IMG/VR virus record: IMGVR_UViG_3300022562_000870
Coordinates: 4,184-68,183 of that record
DNA: 64,000 nt
From: a virus
Lineage: Duplodnaviria; Heunggongvirae; Uroviricota; Caudoviricetes
Direction: 5' to 3' (one strand)
Of the stretch, positions 1-9,086 are shown piece after piece (within the stretch, counting starts at the first letter, position 1; every line of letters begins with the position of its first letter). The position numbers and the translations under genes were made by a program. The notes under the pieces are model-generated. The model was not told the DNA's origin, did no database searches, and was given only the letters and a program-made list of their open reading frames with translations.

Positions 1-4
1 ATTT

Positions 5-349
5 ATGATTGAAATATTGATGACTTTCGCTCTAGCGTTTTATTTTCTTGCGTTTTGGCTTGCACGAAAATATAAAAAAGAACGATGGAAACATATTTCT
101 ATAGCATGTTTCGCTTTTGCGCTCGATGTTGCAGCAACTTATCAAATGTGGTTGATGGATTTACACCTAGATAATTGGGTAGTAAAGTTACACACAATTT
201 TAGGTTTAGTAGCAATAAGCTTATTCCTAGTGCAAGGTACATTAGGCATTATGCGCAAGCGTAAATTACACATTTTCTTCGCCAAATACATCTTTTTGCC
301 ATTTTGGGTGATATCTTATTCAAGTGGATTTCTTTTCTTTTTAGTCTAA
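5..349 (+). CDS. hypothetical small membrane protein (may begin upstream of the window)
   Basis: Hydrophobic N-terminus with transmembrane-like stretches. The ORF starts at the window edge. Confidence 0.35.
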   Translation: MIEILMTFALAFYFLAFWLARKYKKERWKHISIACFAFALDVAATYQMWLMDLHLDNWVVKLHTILGLVAISLFLVQGTLGIMRKRKLHIFFAKYIFLPFWVISYSSGFLFFLV

Positions 350-377
350 GTTATTGTTTTTAAACGATAATTAATTG

Positions 378-406
378 TTGACAAATTTCTACAATTAGGT
401 TACAAT
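378..406 (+). promoter_or_regulatory. sigma70-like promoter (TTGACA-17-TACAAT)
   Basis: TTGACA at 378-383, a 17-nt spacer, then TACAAT at 401-406, upstream of the 429 ORF. Confidence 0.5.
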
Positions 407-428
407 TTATTCATCAAGTCAACGAAAG

Positions 429-1673
429 GTGAAGAAAATGTCAACAAATGAAGAGCGTACATACCTAATACCTTCTTGGAACGTAGGTAAATTGCGCGAT
501 AAAATTTTTAAAATGAATAGTAAGGCTGCTAAGTTGGGTTGTCCTGAAGTCCACATTGAAATCATCGAGCAATTCCAACAAAAGGCACCTGGTTATGAAG
601 ACGCGGTGCTTGCACCCATGATAACAATTTATAAAGTTGCTATCCGTGGTGAAGGCCCAAAAATTAATGGTTGGAAATTTGTTGGTACTTTAGATCATTA
701 TTCATTACCCGGATCGGTGATTGTTAACACAGTACCGGGTGAATGTGTTCCCCAAGAATATTACAACAGTGAAGCTATTTGTGACCATTGTGGTAAGATT
801 CGTCGTCGCATAGAAACCTTCATTGTAGAAGATGAAGATGAACATTTCAAACAAGTTGGCCGCCAATGTTTAAAAGATTTTCTTGGCCACGATCCTAAAG
901 CAGTAGCAAACCATTTAACTGGTTTAATGCGTTTTCTTGGTGAACTTGAAGATGAAGAATGGGCACGCGGTGGATGTGGCCGTGAACAATTCGTATATGA
1001 CCATCTTGAAGTTTTACAAACAGCCGCTGCTGTTATTCGTAAGGAAGGTTGGTTATCGCGTTCAAATGCGCAGGCTGATTTAGATGGAAAACCTGCAACT
1101 GCTGACCTTGTGATGGATGTTTTTCTTCCACCTTCTTTTGGTGGTGATTCGCGACGGGCACATGAGCATTGGGTAGATGGACTTGAAATAGACAACCCGC
1201 GTAATCAGAAAGACGCAGAAGATGCTTTAGCGTGGTTAAACGAACAACCACAACCTTCAACCAATGAATATATGCATAATTTACATGCTATCGCTGGTGC
1301 TGATGGTGTGCCAACTAAAATGTTTGGTTATTGGTGTTCATTAGTTTCATCATATTATCGTGCACAGGAAAAGCTGGCCGCTGATAAAGCATCTAACAAA
1401 TTAAATGAACATTTTGGTAACGTTAAAGAACGTGTAGAACTTGCAGTAGAAGTAGCAACTATACGAAACGTATCTGGTGAATTTGGTGGATATAGCATTG
1501 TAAAAATGCACGACGTGGATGGACACACGTTTATGTGGTTCACAAGTTCTTATGTTGACATGGAAATTGGACATAAGTATAATATCAGAGGTACCATCAA
1601 GAAACATGAAGAATACAATAACTGGAAACAGACACATCTGGCACGTGTTGCCGTAATAGGTGAAATAAGTTAA
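429..1673 (+). CDS. hypothetical protein (414 aa) with a CxxC pair
   Basis: Long ORF preceded by a promoter and a GAAAGGTGAAG RBS-like stretch. Contains CDHCGK; no recognised family. Confidence 0.5.
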   Translation: MKKMSTNEERTYLIPSWNVGKLRDKIFKMNSKAAKLGCPEVHIEIIEQFQQKAPGYEDAVLAPMITIYKVAIRGEGPKINGWKFVGTLDHYSLPGSVIVNTVPGECVPQEYYNSEAICDHCGKIRRRIETFIVEDEDEHFKQVGRQCLKDFLGHDPKAVANHLTGLMRFLGELEDEEWARGGCGREQFVYDHLEVLQTAAAVIRKEGWLSRSNAQADLDGKPATADLVMDVFLPPSFGGDSRRAHEHWVDGLEIDNPRNQKDAEDALAWLNEQPQPSTNEYMHNLHAIAGADGVPTKMFGYWCSLVSSYYRAQEKLAADKASNKLNEHFGNVKERVELAVEVATIRNVSGEFGGYSIVKMHDVDGHTFMWFTSSYVDMEIGHKYNIRGTIKKHEEYNNWKQTHLARVAVIGEIS

Positions 1674-1712
1674 AAAAGGGTGCATTTAACCAATCTATCT
1701 ACTAATTTTCCC

Positions 1713-1741
1713 TTGACTTAGAAATCACTTTACCATATAAT
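1713..1741 (+). promoter_or_regulatory. sigma70-like promoter (TTGACT-17-TATAAT)
   Basis: TTGACT at 1713-1718 and TATAAT at 1736-1741 with a 17-nt spacer. Confidence 0.5.
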
Positions 1742-1757
1742 AATATATGGAATTCAA

Positions 1758-2396
1758 ATGATGAGATGTGAAAATTGTAACCAAAAACATGATGGAAAAT
1801 ATGGTTCGGGGAGATTTTGCTCGTGTAAGTGTGCACGCGCATTTAGTACAAAACATAAAAGACTGGAAATAAATGAAAAAGTAAGCAGGATGTTATCTGG
1901 GCGTAAGGGACCACCATCACCTACAAAAGGAAAGAAATTACCACATCATGGCGAGAAAGTTCGCGACGGATGGGAGCGGCGGCGCGAACAACGAATTGCA
2001 ATGCTACCATTCGAACAACTTAATAAACCTGAACAGCGTGCTATAATTCTCAAGGAACAAAATAATGTATGTTGTGAATGTGGTATTCCTGAAGTCTGGA
2101 ATGATAAACCATTAAAATTTGAACGTGATCATATCGATGGTAATAAAAATAATAATAACCGCAAAAATTTAAGACTAATATGCCCAAATTGTCACCAACA
2201 AACCCCTACTTATAAAGGTCGAAACAATTTACAAGCAACGCGTGTTAACGATAAAGATGTAATAGCAGCACTGTTAGAAAGTAAAAGTGGGTTCGAATGC
2301 CTTAAACGGTTAGGCATGAACATGCATGGTAAAAACTATGAAAAACTAAGAAAAGTTATAAAAAAATATAATCTTGACCTTGATTATATTGTTTAA
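1758..2396 (+). CDS. HNH endonuclease with N-terminal zinc-ribbon
   Basis: N-terminal CENC...CSCKC cysteines, then CCECG..ERDHIDGNKNNNNRKNLRLICPNCH, the HNH-N pattern. It ends 2 nt before a tRNA. Confidence 0.6.
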   Translation: MMRCENCNQKHDGKYGSGRFCSCKCARAFSTKHKRLEINEKVSRMLSGRKGPPSPTKGKKLPHHGEKVRDGWERRREQRIAMLPFEQLNKPEQRAIILKEQNNVCCECGIPEVWNDKPLKFERDHIDGNKNNNNRKNLRLICPNCHQQTPTYKGRNNLQATRVNDKDVIAALLESKSGFECLKRLGMNMHGKNYEKLRKVIKKYNLDLDYIV

Positions 2397-2397
2397 T

Positions 2398-2472
2398 GGG
2401 AGTGTAGCAAATTTTGGTATTGCACCTGGCTCTTAACCAGACTACAAGTGGGTTCGATTCCCACCGCTCCTA
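2398..2472 (+). tRNA. tRNA, anticodon tentatively CUU (Lys); CCA encoded at 2473-2475
   Basis: Acceptor GGGAGTG/CGCTCCT. D-stem GCAA/TTGC. Anticodon stem CTGG/CCAG with loop CTCTTAA. T-arm GTGGG-TTCGATT-CCCAC. Confidence 0.6.
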
Positions 2473-2493
2473 CCAAATTTACGAGGTAATAAT

Positions 2494-2967
2494 ATGTTGT
2501 TTGATATTGATAAAGCAGAAAGGATAATTAAGCAAAATTTTACAGCAATAGTAAACTGTGCTATTTGGATTGCTTTAGGGTGTGGTGCATTTCTTCATTT
2601 CAACCAATTTACAGAAGCACCTAAAATATATGCAGAATTTATTTTTTACGTTTTAGTCGGTTTTACTATTGGATGTTTTATATCGTGGTCGTATAGAAAA
2701 ATAAAACGCCATTTAGCAACAATTAATCACAGAGGTAATTTTACTTTTAGAGCTTATCCTGAAGCAGAATTAATATTCAATCATCTTATTGACCAACCAG
2801 AATATGGAGATTGGGTTAAAGTAGACAATAGTAGTATGGGAATGTATGAAAACCTGGCAAAACTCGACTTTCTTGTGATTCTTAATGGAAAGTTAGAATA
2901 TGATGGGTTGCATTGGTACGTTAAATTAAACCCATGGACTATTAAAAGATTTTCTAAACAAAAATAG
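2494..2967 (+). CDS. hypothetical membrane protein
   Basis: ORF with two hydrophobic segments; no family recognised. Confidence 0.4.
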   Translation: MLFDIDKAERIIKQNFTAIVNCAIWIALGCGAFLHFNQFTEAPKIYAEFIFYVLVGFTIGCFISWSYRKIKRHLATINHRGNFTFRAYPEAELIFNHLIDQPEYGDWVKVDNSSMGMYENLAKLDFLVILNGKLEYDGLHWYVKLNPWTIKRFSKQK

Positions 2968-3020
2968 TTGTAATCTAACAAATCCTATGGTATGATAAAG
3001 AAAACCATAGGATTTTAATC

Positions 3021-3440
3021 ATGTTAGATAAAGCCATAGCATTAGCGGCTGAAAACTTTGTAGGCAAATTTGACCGTGGCGGACAACCATATATTCTTCA
3101 TTGCTTATACGTAATGAATAAGATGAATCCCGATGACCACGAATTGATGTCCATAGCTGTACTTCATGATATTGTTGAAGATACGGATGTTACGCTTGAT
3201 GTTCTTAAAGATTTGGGGTTTTCAGAACGGGTAGTGTGGGGTGTTAAGATTTTAACACATGAAGAAGATGAGCCATATATGGATTATATTAAACGCATTG
3301 CGCTCAATCCCGATGCACGTCTTGTTAAAATGGCAGACCTAGATCACAATTCCCGCATCCTTCGCATGAAAGGTACCCGCAAGAAAGACTTTGATCGTCT
3401 TGAAAAATATTTCTCAGCATACAATTATTTAAAAGGTTAA
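3021..3440 (+). CDS. HD-domain (p)ppGpp hydrolase-like (small alarmone hydrolase, SpoT/MESH1-type)
   Basis: HxxxHDxxED-like signature (LHCLYV..., AVLHDIVEDTDVT) and a size of about 139 aa, typical of stand-alone RelA/SpoT HD hydrolases. Confidence 0.6.
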   Translation: MLDKAIALAAENFVGKFDRGGQPYILHCLYVMNKMNPDDHELMSIAVLHDIVEDTDVTLDVLKDLGFSERVVWGVKILTHEEDEPYMDYIKRIALNPDARLVKMADLDHNSRILRMKGTRKKDFDRLEKYFSAYNYLKG

Positions 3441-3445
3441 TTAAT

Positions 3446-3787
3446 ATGAAAAGAAAATATGTAATTGACCACAATGATGGCGAAACCAGTTCATATGAAA
3501 TGGAAGTAACTGCTAATCAGTTGAATAACCATAAAATCAAAATGTTTTTTGATAAAGATTCTGCTTCATGGACAGACTTGGTTCGTGGTAAAATTTGTGC
3601 AGAATTGAAAGATCATGGTAACGGGGTAAAAATAAAATTCCCATCCCATCACAATAAGAAAGACCATAAAATATCTGTTGATTATAGTGAAATTCTAGAA
3701 TTATATTTACTATTGGATTTTTATTTTAAGGGTAGTGATATTTTGAATATCGTTCCAAACATCAAAAAATATATAGAGGTTGATTAA
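3446..3787 (+). CDS. hypothetical protein
   Basis: ORF tightly packed with its neighbours. Confidence 0.4.
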   Translation: MKRKYVIDHNDGETSSYEMEVTANQLNNHKIKMFFDKDSASWTDLVRGKICAELKDHGNGVKIKFPSHHNKKDHKISVDYSEILELYLLLDFYFKGSDILNIVPNIKKYIEVD

Positions 3788-4109
3788 TATGTTTGCACTT
3801 TATTTAAATCCAGTTACGGCAAATGCGGAAAGTTACATTCCCGTGGCAATGGCCGATTCATTCGAACGTCTTGAACGTTTATTAGAAGAAGAACTGTGTG
3901 AAGGATATAGTGATGGCCGTTACTACAGAAATTTCAAAGAAGGTATACTTCACAACTTCAATCCACCATCAATGAATGGCTTAAACTGTTTTGGTGTAAA
4001 TGAAGGAATTGTTGAAGTTGTAAGTGATGAAGATCTAAAACGATGGCATCAGGAAGAACTAAATAATTGGTACTTTCATTTTGCATCTTCAACACGATTT
4101 TATGATTGA
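3780..4109 (+). CDS. hypothetical protein
   Basis: ORF overlapping the stop of the upstream gene. Confidence 0.4.
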   Translation: MINMFALYLNPVTANAESYIPVAMADSFERLERLLEEELCEGYSDGRYYRNFKEGILHNFNPPSMNGLNCFGVNEGIVEVVSDEDLKRWHQEELNNWYFHFASSTRFYD

Positions 4110-4119
4110 TTTTTGGATG

Positions 4120-4320
4120 TAGTAATGTCCACCGTGCTTTGACGGCAAGTAGGCGAGCAGTTTCTCAAAAGTACCTACGGCGTAGGGAAAATAAATCTGG
4201 CTTTAAAGGGTTGTAGCCCCGTAGTCGAATATACCTGAGCATATGACAATGAGTACAAAGGCCAAGGAAAGTTGTTGTCTGACTGACGAACAGACCATCC
4301 AAATTTATTAAAGGTGAAAA
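4120..4320 (+). ncRNA. candidate structured noncoding region (unassigned)
   Basis: About 200 nt between genes with no ORF and higher GC than the surroundings. Hairpins include GTCTGACTGACGAACAGAC. Not tRNA-like. Confidence 0.2.
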
Positions 4321-4439
4321 ATTATGTGGTTTTCTATGTTATTATTCTGTATACTGATTGTGTTGGTTGTAGTGCTTTCAGATGCCGATACAGAAAGAAT
4401 GTATAAGCGGCAAGAAAAAGACGATGAGAAAAATGAAAA

Positions 4440-4757
4440 ATGAGCTTATTTGTAAAACAAAATGTTTTTTGTTCCTGTTGTGGGAAGCCAATCAAGGAAA
4501 ATCTTGGTAAAAAACGAATCCTATGTAGTGATAAATGCTATGAAATTATGGAAAAGAAATACGTTTCTTATGTTATGGGTAAGGAATACGCGGGTGAAGA
4601 ACCAAATTCGCCACTTAACGCTTACATGGAAGCAATAAACGAAATCGACGACTTTTTTGAATATGCCAATGAGTCTAGAACGGATAGGAAGCGTGTACAT
4701 GAAATACTTGGCAGGCTTACAGAAAAATTAGTAAAAATTTATAACCATAAGGAATAA
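4440..4757 (+). CDS. hypothetical zinc-ribbon protein
   Basis: CSCCGK...CSDKC cysteine pairs. Confidence 0.4.
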   Translation: MSLFVKQNVFCSCCGKPIKENLGKKRILCSDKCYEIMEKKYVSYVMGKEYAGEEPNSPLNAYMEAINEIDDFFEYANESRTDRKRVHEILGRLTEKLVKIYNHKE

Positions 4758-5170
4758 AAAATGGAAGAAGAACAAATAAAAGAAATGCTTTCTGATATTG
4801 TTAGTGCTATTGACTATGATATTTGGAAAGATATATTCGAATTTCCAGAAGATCCAGAATTCGCCGAAGATTTAATTGATGAATTGACAACTATTGTCCA
4901 TCATCATCTTAATCAAGAATGAACGTTAAACTGATCTATTAGACGAAGTAATGGAAACAGTAGAAAATGAAAAAAATGTTTAACAATGCACCGTCCATTT
5001 ATACATTGAAAGGGCTTTGGCGTGCCACACAAGGTTGTGAAAAATGTATTAACGATAAATGGGTTCCAGCAAGACCTTGTGGATTTTATAGTATCGGAAA
5101 TAGATTTAAGGCTGCTTGGTTAGTTTTTTCTGGAAAAGCAGATGCAGTAAAATGGCCTGGTAATCAATAA

Positions 5171-5644
5171 ATGAATATTTTTATTTTAGATAATAATGTT
5201 GAAACATGTGCAAAGTATCACGTCGATAAACACGTGGTAAAAATGATACTTGAATCTGCACAATTGTTGAGTACAGCTGTTAGACTTTCAGGTATCGAAG
5301 CCGGATATAATGCTACACATGTTAACCATCCTTGCAGCAAATGGGTTAGAGAGTCACTATCTAATTGGCGTTGGTTAAAAAATCTTACAGATAAATTGAA
5401 CGTTGAATATATGTACCGCTATAATAAAAATAACGGTCACAAATCGCATGGAATAGCAATGGCATTACCCGAACCGAATATACCAGATATAGGGTTAACG
5501 GCGTTTGCTTTGGCTATGCCAAATGAACATAAAGATAATGATCCTGTCAAAGCTTACAGAGATTATTATATAAACTGCAAAGGACATATAGCAGTATGGT
5601 CTAAAAGGGAAATACCAGAATGGTGGAATAACAATGCCCGGTAG
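5171..5644 (+). CDS. hypothetical protein; weak N-terminal resemblance to T4 DenV-type pyrimidine-dimer glycosylases
   Basis: The N-terminus ILDNNVETCAKYHVDKHVVKMILESAQLL loosely resembles the LVSELADQHLMAEYREL region of the Pyr_excise family. Very tentative. Confidence 0.4.
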   Translation: MNIFILDNNVETCAKYHVDKHVVKMILESAQLLSTAVRLSGIEAGYNATHVNHPCSKWVRESLSNWRWLKNLTDKLNVEYMYRYNKNNGHKSHGIAMALPEPNIPDIGLTAFALAMPNEHKDNDPVKAYRDYYINCKGHIAVWSKREIPEWWNNNAR

Positions 5645-5878
5645 TGATGATAGTTTTGGTTATGATGATTCTTGGCAAACGTGCCACACTGTCGGCATAA
5701 GTGGTGGATGTGGATATGATTGCCCTGTTTTTCTTCGTGGCGATTGTGACATACAAGAAGAAATCATTGAAAACGGCCTTAATGAAGGCATGAAAGAACA
5801 TTTTATTGATTGGGGTTTAATCGATGAAGATCCGATAGATCCGATAGATCCGTTTGATGATGCGATGGAGATATTAAA

Positions 5879-6190
5879 GTGAAACCAATGTTTACAGATG
5901 AAGAGAATGCTACCATTGAAGAAATGAGAATCAAACTTGCCACGCAATTTGGTGTATCTATAATAGATGATGGTGTAATTCTACGTTTCAACGGTGATAA
6001 AAAGAAGAACCGTGAAGTGATAATGAAGTTTGATGAAATAGACACAGGTGAAAAAACAGAATATTGTTTTTTCTGCGGTGAACGACATTACAAAAATGAT
6101 TTATATGAAACTGATATGGAAATTAAAATGTGTGTAGGAAAGGATAAACGCAAAGTTCAGTTATGTTATGATTGCTATTGTCCAAAGTAA
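5879..6190 (+). CDS. hypothetical Cys-rich protein
   Basis: CFFCGERH...CYDCYCPK at the C-terminus. Confidence 0.35.
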   Translation: MKPMFTDEENATIEEMRIKLATQFGVSIIDDGVILRFNGDKKKNREVIMKFDEIDTGEKTEYCFFCGERHYKNDLYETDMEIKMCVGKDKRKVQLCYDCYCPK

Positions 6191-6218
6191 GAATAGAAAA
6201 TTAAAATAGTGTTATCTG

Positions 6219-6344
6219 TAGTTTAACGGGTAAAACATCCGGGCGAGGGCAGCTGTGGTTCGATTCCACTTAACAACGGTTACGTAAGTCCGCACTGGAA
6301 GAAGATTGGTTCGATGCCAACCAGACGACACTTTATGCTTTGGT
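6219..6344 (+). tRNA. two tRNA-like elements (T-loops at about 6268 and about 6319); cloverleaf not resolved by hand
   Basis: GGTTCGATTCC and GGTTCGATGCC T-loop motifs. Acceptor pairing could not be established manually. Confidence 0.35.
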
Positions 6345-6346
6345 AG

Positions 6347-6418
6347 GTTAACAGGCAAACCACAACCCTGGTACGGTTGAATTGTGGGTTCAAGTCCCAT
6401 CCAAAGCTCCAATAAAAG
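6347..6418 (+). tRNA. tRNA-Thr (GGU); CCA encoded
   Basis: Acceptor GCTTTGG/CCAAAGC. Anticodon stem CAACC/GGTTG with loop CTGGTAC. T-arm GTGGG-TTCAAGT-CCCAT. Confidence 0.7.
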
Positions 6419-6424
6419 GTTATT

Positions 6425-6688
6425 ATGACAGCTAAGATTATACAATTTCCTACAAAAGAAAAGAAAACCAAAGAACCGAAAAATAGTTTTCTTAAAAGCC
6501 CTGTAGCTGTCGTAAAATGTGGTGAAAATTTGTTTCTTATGATAGAAACTGACAGCAAAGAATTCAAAAATTATGAATTGGTAGACCACATTCAAAGTTA
6601 TTTTAAAGACTGTGTAATAACATTCAATGGACGTTGGTTCGAACGTCATGGTGAAAATATATTAATCCCAATGGAGGCGCAATTTTAA
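6425..6688 (+). CDS. hypothetical protein
   Basis: ORF immediately downstream of a tRNA group. Confidence 0.35.
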   Translation: MTAKIIQFPTKEKKTKEPKNSFLKSPVAVVKCGENLFLMIETDSKEFKNYELVDHIQSYFKDCVITFNGRWFERHGENILIPMEAQF

Positions 6689-6690
6689 TT

Positions 6691-7578
6691 ATGTTGTGGG
6701 TAGTTCAAAATAATTTATATAATGAAGATGGTTATACGCGCTTTATTGGCGCGTTGGAACGTCTTGGCTGCGATTATTTAGTGGTTAAACCAGTTCCTTT
6801 CACCAACATACTTCTTCCTGCCGATTTTGATTCTATGACACAAGAAGTAGATGACGTTGAAGAACCATATATCGATCCAGACCAAAGAATTATAGTCATG
6901 GGTGCTACATCTTTATCGCGCATTGCTAAAGCACGTGGATGGAATCCTGGTACATTCCTTAATGACAATTTTGATTTCTCCGTTTGGCGTGAAGGATTTG
7001 GACCAGAAAATATTTTAAATTCGGATTCTATTGTCGCGAAGATTTGTGATCCTATCAACGTTACTGAAATGTCTGATACATTGTTTGTTCGTCCTGTACA
7101 CGATACCAAAGCATTTACTGGACTTACTATGAGCAAACACGATTTTCATGATTGGATATTACAACATTCCGTTATTGAGGAAGAAGAATTTCAACCACTG
7201 CACAAAAATACTGAAATAGCTATAGCAAGCTACAAAGAAATATATGCCGAATATAGATTTTTTGTTGTTAATGCACAGGTTGTAACTGGAAGTATGTACA
7301 AACGCGGCTCAATGGTTCAATATAGTAATCATATTGACGACCATGTTTTAAAATTCGCACAAAGCATGGTTCGATATTGGCAGGAAAAGGTAGATAGTAC
7401 ATTAGCCATTTATCCAGAAGCGCACGCGCCTGCGCAAGCATATGTATTAGATATAGCCGATACACCAGATGGTTTAAAAGTAATAGAAATAAACAACATT
7501 AATTCGGCGGGTTTTTATGATGCCGATCCAATGCTAATAATTACAGCCCTAGAAGATTTGGTGCGATATTATGACTAA
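6691..7578 (+). CDS. ATP-grasp-like domain protein
   Basis: C-terminal YVLDIADTPDGLKVIEINNINSAGFY resembles the ATP-grasp Mg/ATP-binding region. Confidence 0.4.
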   Translation: MLWVVQNNLYNEDGYTRFIGALERLGCDYLVVKPVPFTNILLPADFDSMTQEVDDVEEPYIDPDQRIIVMGATSLSRIAKARGWNPGTFLNDNFDFSVWREGFGPENILNSDSIVAKICDPINVTEMSDTLFVRPVHDTKAFTGLTMSKHDFHDWILQHSVIEEEEFQPLHKNTEIAIASYKEIYAEYRFFVVNAQVVTGSMYKRGSMVQYSNHIDDHVLKFAQSMVRYWQEKVDSTLAIYPEAHAPAQAYVLDIADTPDGLKVIEINNINSAGFYDADPMLIITALEDLVRYYD

Positions 7579-7861
7579 AAGCGATTGGAGAAGAATCCTT
7601 CGTGAACTAAAGGCGATGCGTTCTACGGATAAATTTAAAACTAAAATCGTATATTATGAAAGGCCAATTCCACTTTATATGGATGATGCTGAAGGTATGC
7701 TTGAAATAGATAAGATTGATGTGGATGAACTTTATATTAGATTTCAACATAGGGTTTATTTGAAACATGCCGACGTAATAGATATAACACCATCGGAAAT
7801 GCGCTCACGATTTTTCGTAACGATGAATGTTTTTAATATTGATAAAGTAAATTTTAAATAG
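7571..7861 (+). CDS. hypothetical protein
   Basis: ORF overlapping the stop of the upstream gene. Confidence 0.35.
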   Translation: MTKSDWRRILRELKAMRSTDKFKTKIVYYERPIPLYMDDAEGMLEIDKIDVDELYIRFQHRVYLKHADVIDITPSEMRSRFFVTMNVFNIDKVNFK

Positions 7862-7869
7862 GATATGAT

Positions 7870-8781
7870 ATGATAAAAAGATTTAAGGGTTGTTTGCTTG
7901 GATTGGCGGTAGGTGATGCTGTTGGAACGACAGTAGAATTTAAAAATCCAGATTCCTTTTTTCCAGTGGACGACATGACAGGCGGCGGTCCTTTCAAATT
8001 AGAAGCTGGACAGTGGACAGATGATACATCAATGGCGCTCTGTTTAGCTACTAGTTTAATTGAAAACGGATATGATGTAAAAGATCAAATGGACAGATAT
8101 GTTCGTTGGATGGATGAAGGATACATGTCCAGCAATGGAAGATGTTTTGATATTGGGTTCACTACACGCAATGCTTTAAATGATTATAAAGATTCTGGTG
8201 ATCCTTATAGCGGCGATAGTGGTGGATCGTTGAAAGGTAATGGTTCATTGATGCGTTTGGCACCAGTACCAATGTATTACGCAGAAGATACTGTCTTGGC
8301 CATAGAAAAATCTGGTGATAGTTCTAAGACTACACACGGCGATACGACTTGTGTAGATGCTTGCAGATTTTTTGGTGCGTTGATTGTTGGTGCGTTATTT
8401 GGTGTTGATAAAGAACGGCTATTGCGTCCATATGGTTGGATACCAGAACAGTATTGGAAGGATTCTCCTCTACATCCAGAAATAGATGAAGTCGCGGCGG
8501 GGTCTTTTAAAGTTAAAGAACCACCCTTTATTAAAGGTTCTGGATATGTTGTTAGGAGTTTAGAAGCCGCTCTGTGGGCATTCTATCATACAGACAACTT
8601 CAAAGACGCAATCCTTGATGCTGTTAACCTTGGCGATGATGCAGATACTACAGCCGCTATATGTGGTCAAATTGCTGGTGCTTATTATGGCGTTGACGAT
8701 ATACCTGAAGATTGGTTGAATAAATTAACCATGAAAGAAGAAATTGAAGAAATGGCAGTGAAGTTACATGAACACAGATAA
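7870..8781 (+). CDS. ADP-ribosylglycohydrolase family protein (DraG/ARH-like)
   Basis: N-terminal GCLLGLAVGDAVG and C-terminal DDADTTAAICGQIAGAYYG are hallmark ARH motifs. Confidence 0.7.
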   Translation: MIKRFKGCLLGLAVGDAVGTTVEFKNPDSFFPVDDMTGGGPFKLEAGQWTDDTSMALCLATSLIENGYDVKDQMDRYVRWMDEGYMSSNGRCFDIGFTTRNALNDYKDSGDPYSGDSGGSLKGNGSLMRLAPVPMYYAEDTVLAIEKSGDSSKTTHGDTTCVDACRFFGALIVGALFGVDKERLLRPYGWIPEQYWKDSPLHPEIDEVAAGSFKVKEPPFIKGSGYVVRSLEAALWAFYHTDNFKDAILDAVNLGDDADTTAAICGQIAGAYYGVDDIPEDWLNKLTMKEEIEEMAVKLHEHR

Positions 8782-9076
8782 AAAGTTCGGTGGAACTATT
8801 GAAAACTGGACATTAAACAAGCTTACAATTACAAAGGAAAAATTAAAAGAACTTCGTCCAGATATCGTAGTTGATGAAGCTATGATACTATCTGGTTATG
8901 TGGTTGAAGATCCGCTTGGCAGATGGCAACCAGGATTTCATATGCGTTCTTCGATAATAATTGACATTGACCGCGAAAATGGTATAATTGAAACGGAAAA
9001 CACTATATACCATGTGCAAGGTGAAGAAAAGCCCGAAAACGATATGGGTGATTCAATCTTGCGTGTTTTTTACTAG
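8768..9076 (+). CDS. hypothetical protein
   Basis: ORF with no recognised family. Confidence 0.35.
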   Translation: MNTDKKFGGTIENWTLNKLTITKEKLKELRPDIVVDEAMILSGYVVEDPLGRWQPGFHMRSSIIIDIDRENGIIETENTIYHVQGEEKPENDMGDSILRVFY

Positions 9077-9086
9077 GAGAAATACC

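Noticed and set aside
761-1685. Antisense ORFs (761-1195, 1033-1260, 1355-1543, 1401-1685) inside the 429-1673 gene
   Set aside because: They are fully embedded in a longer sense ORF that has a promoter and RBS. They show no independent signals and a low-complexity or Ser-rich composition.
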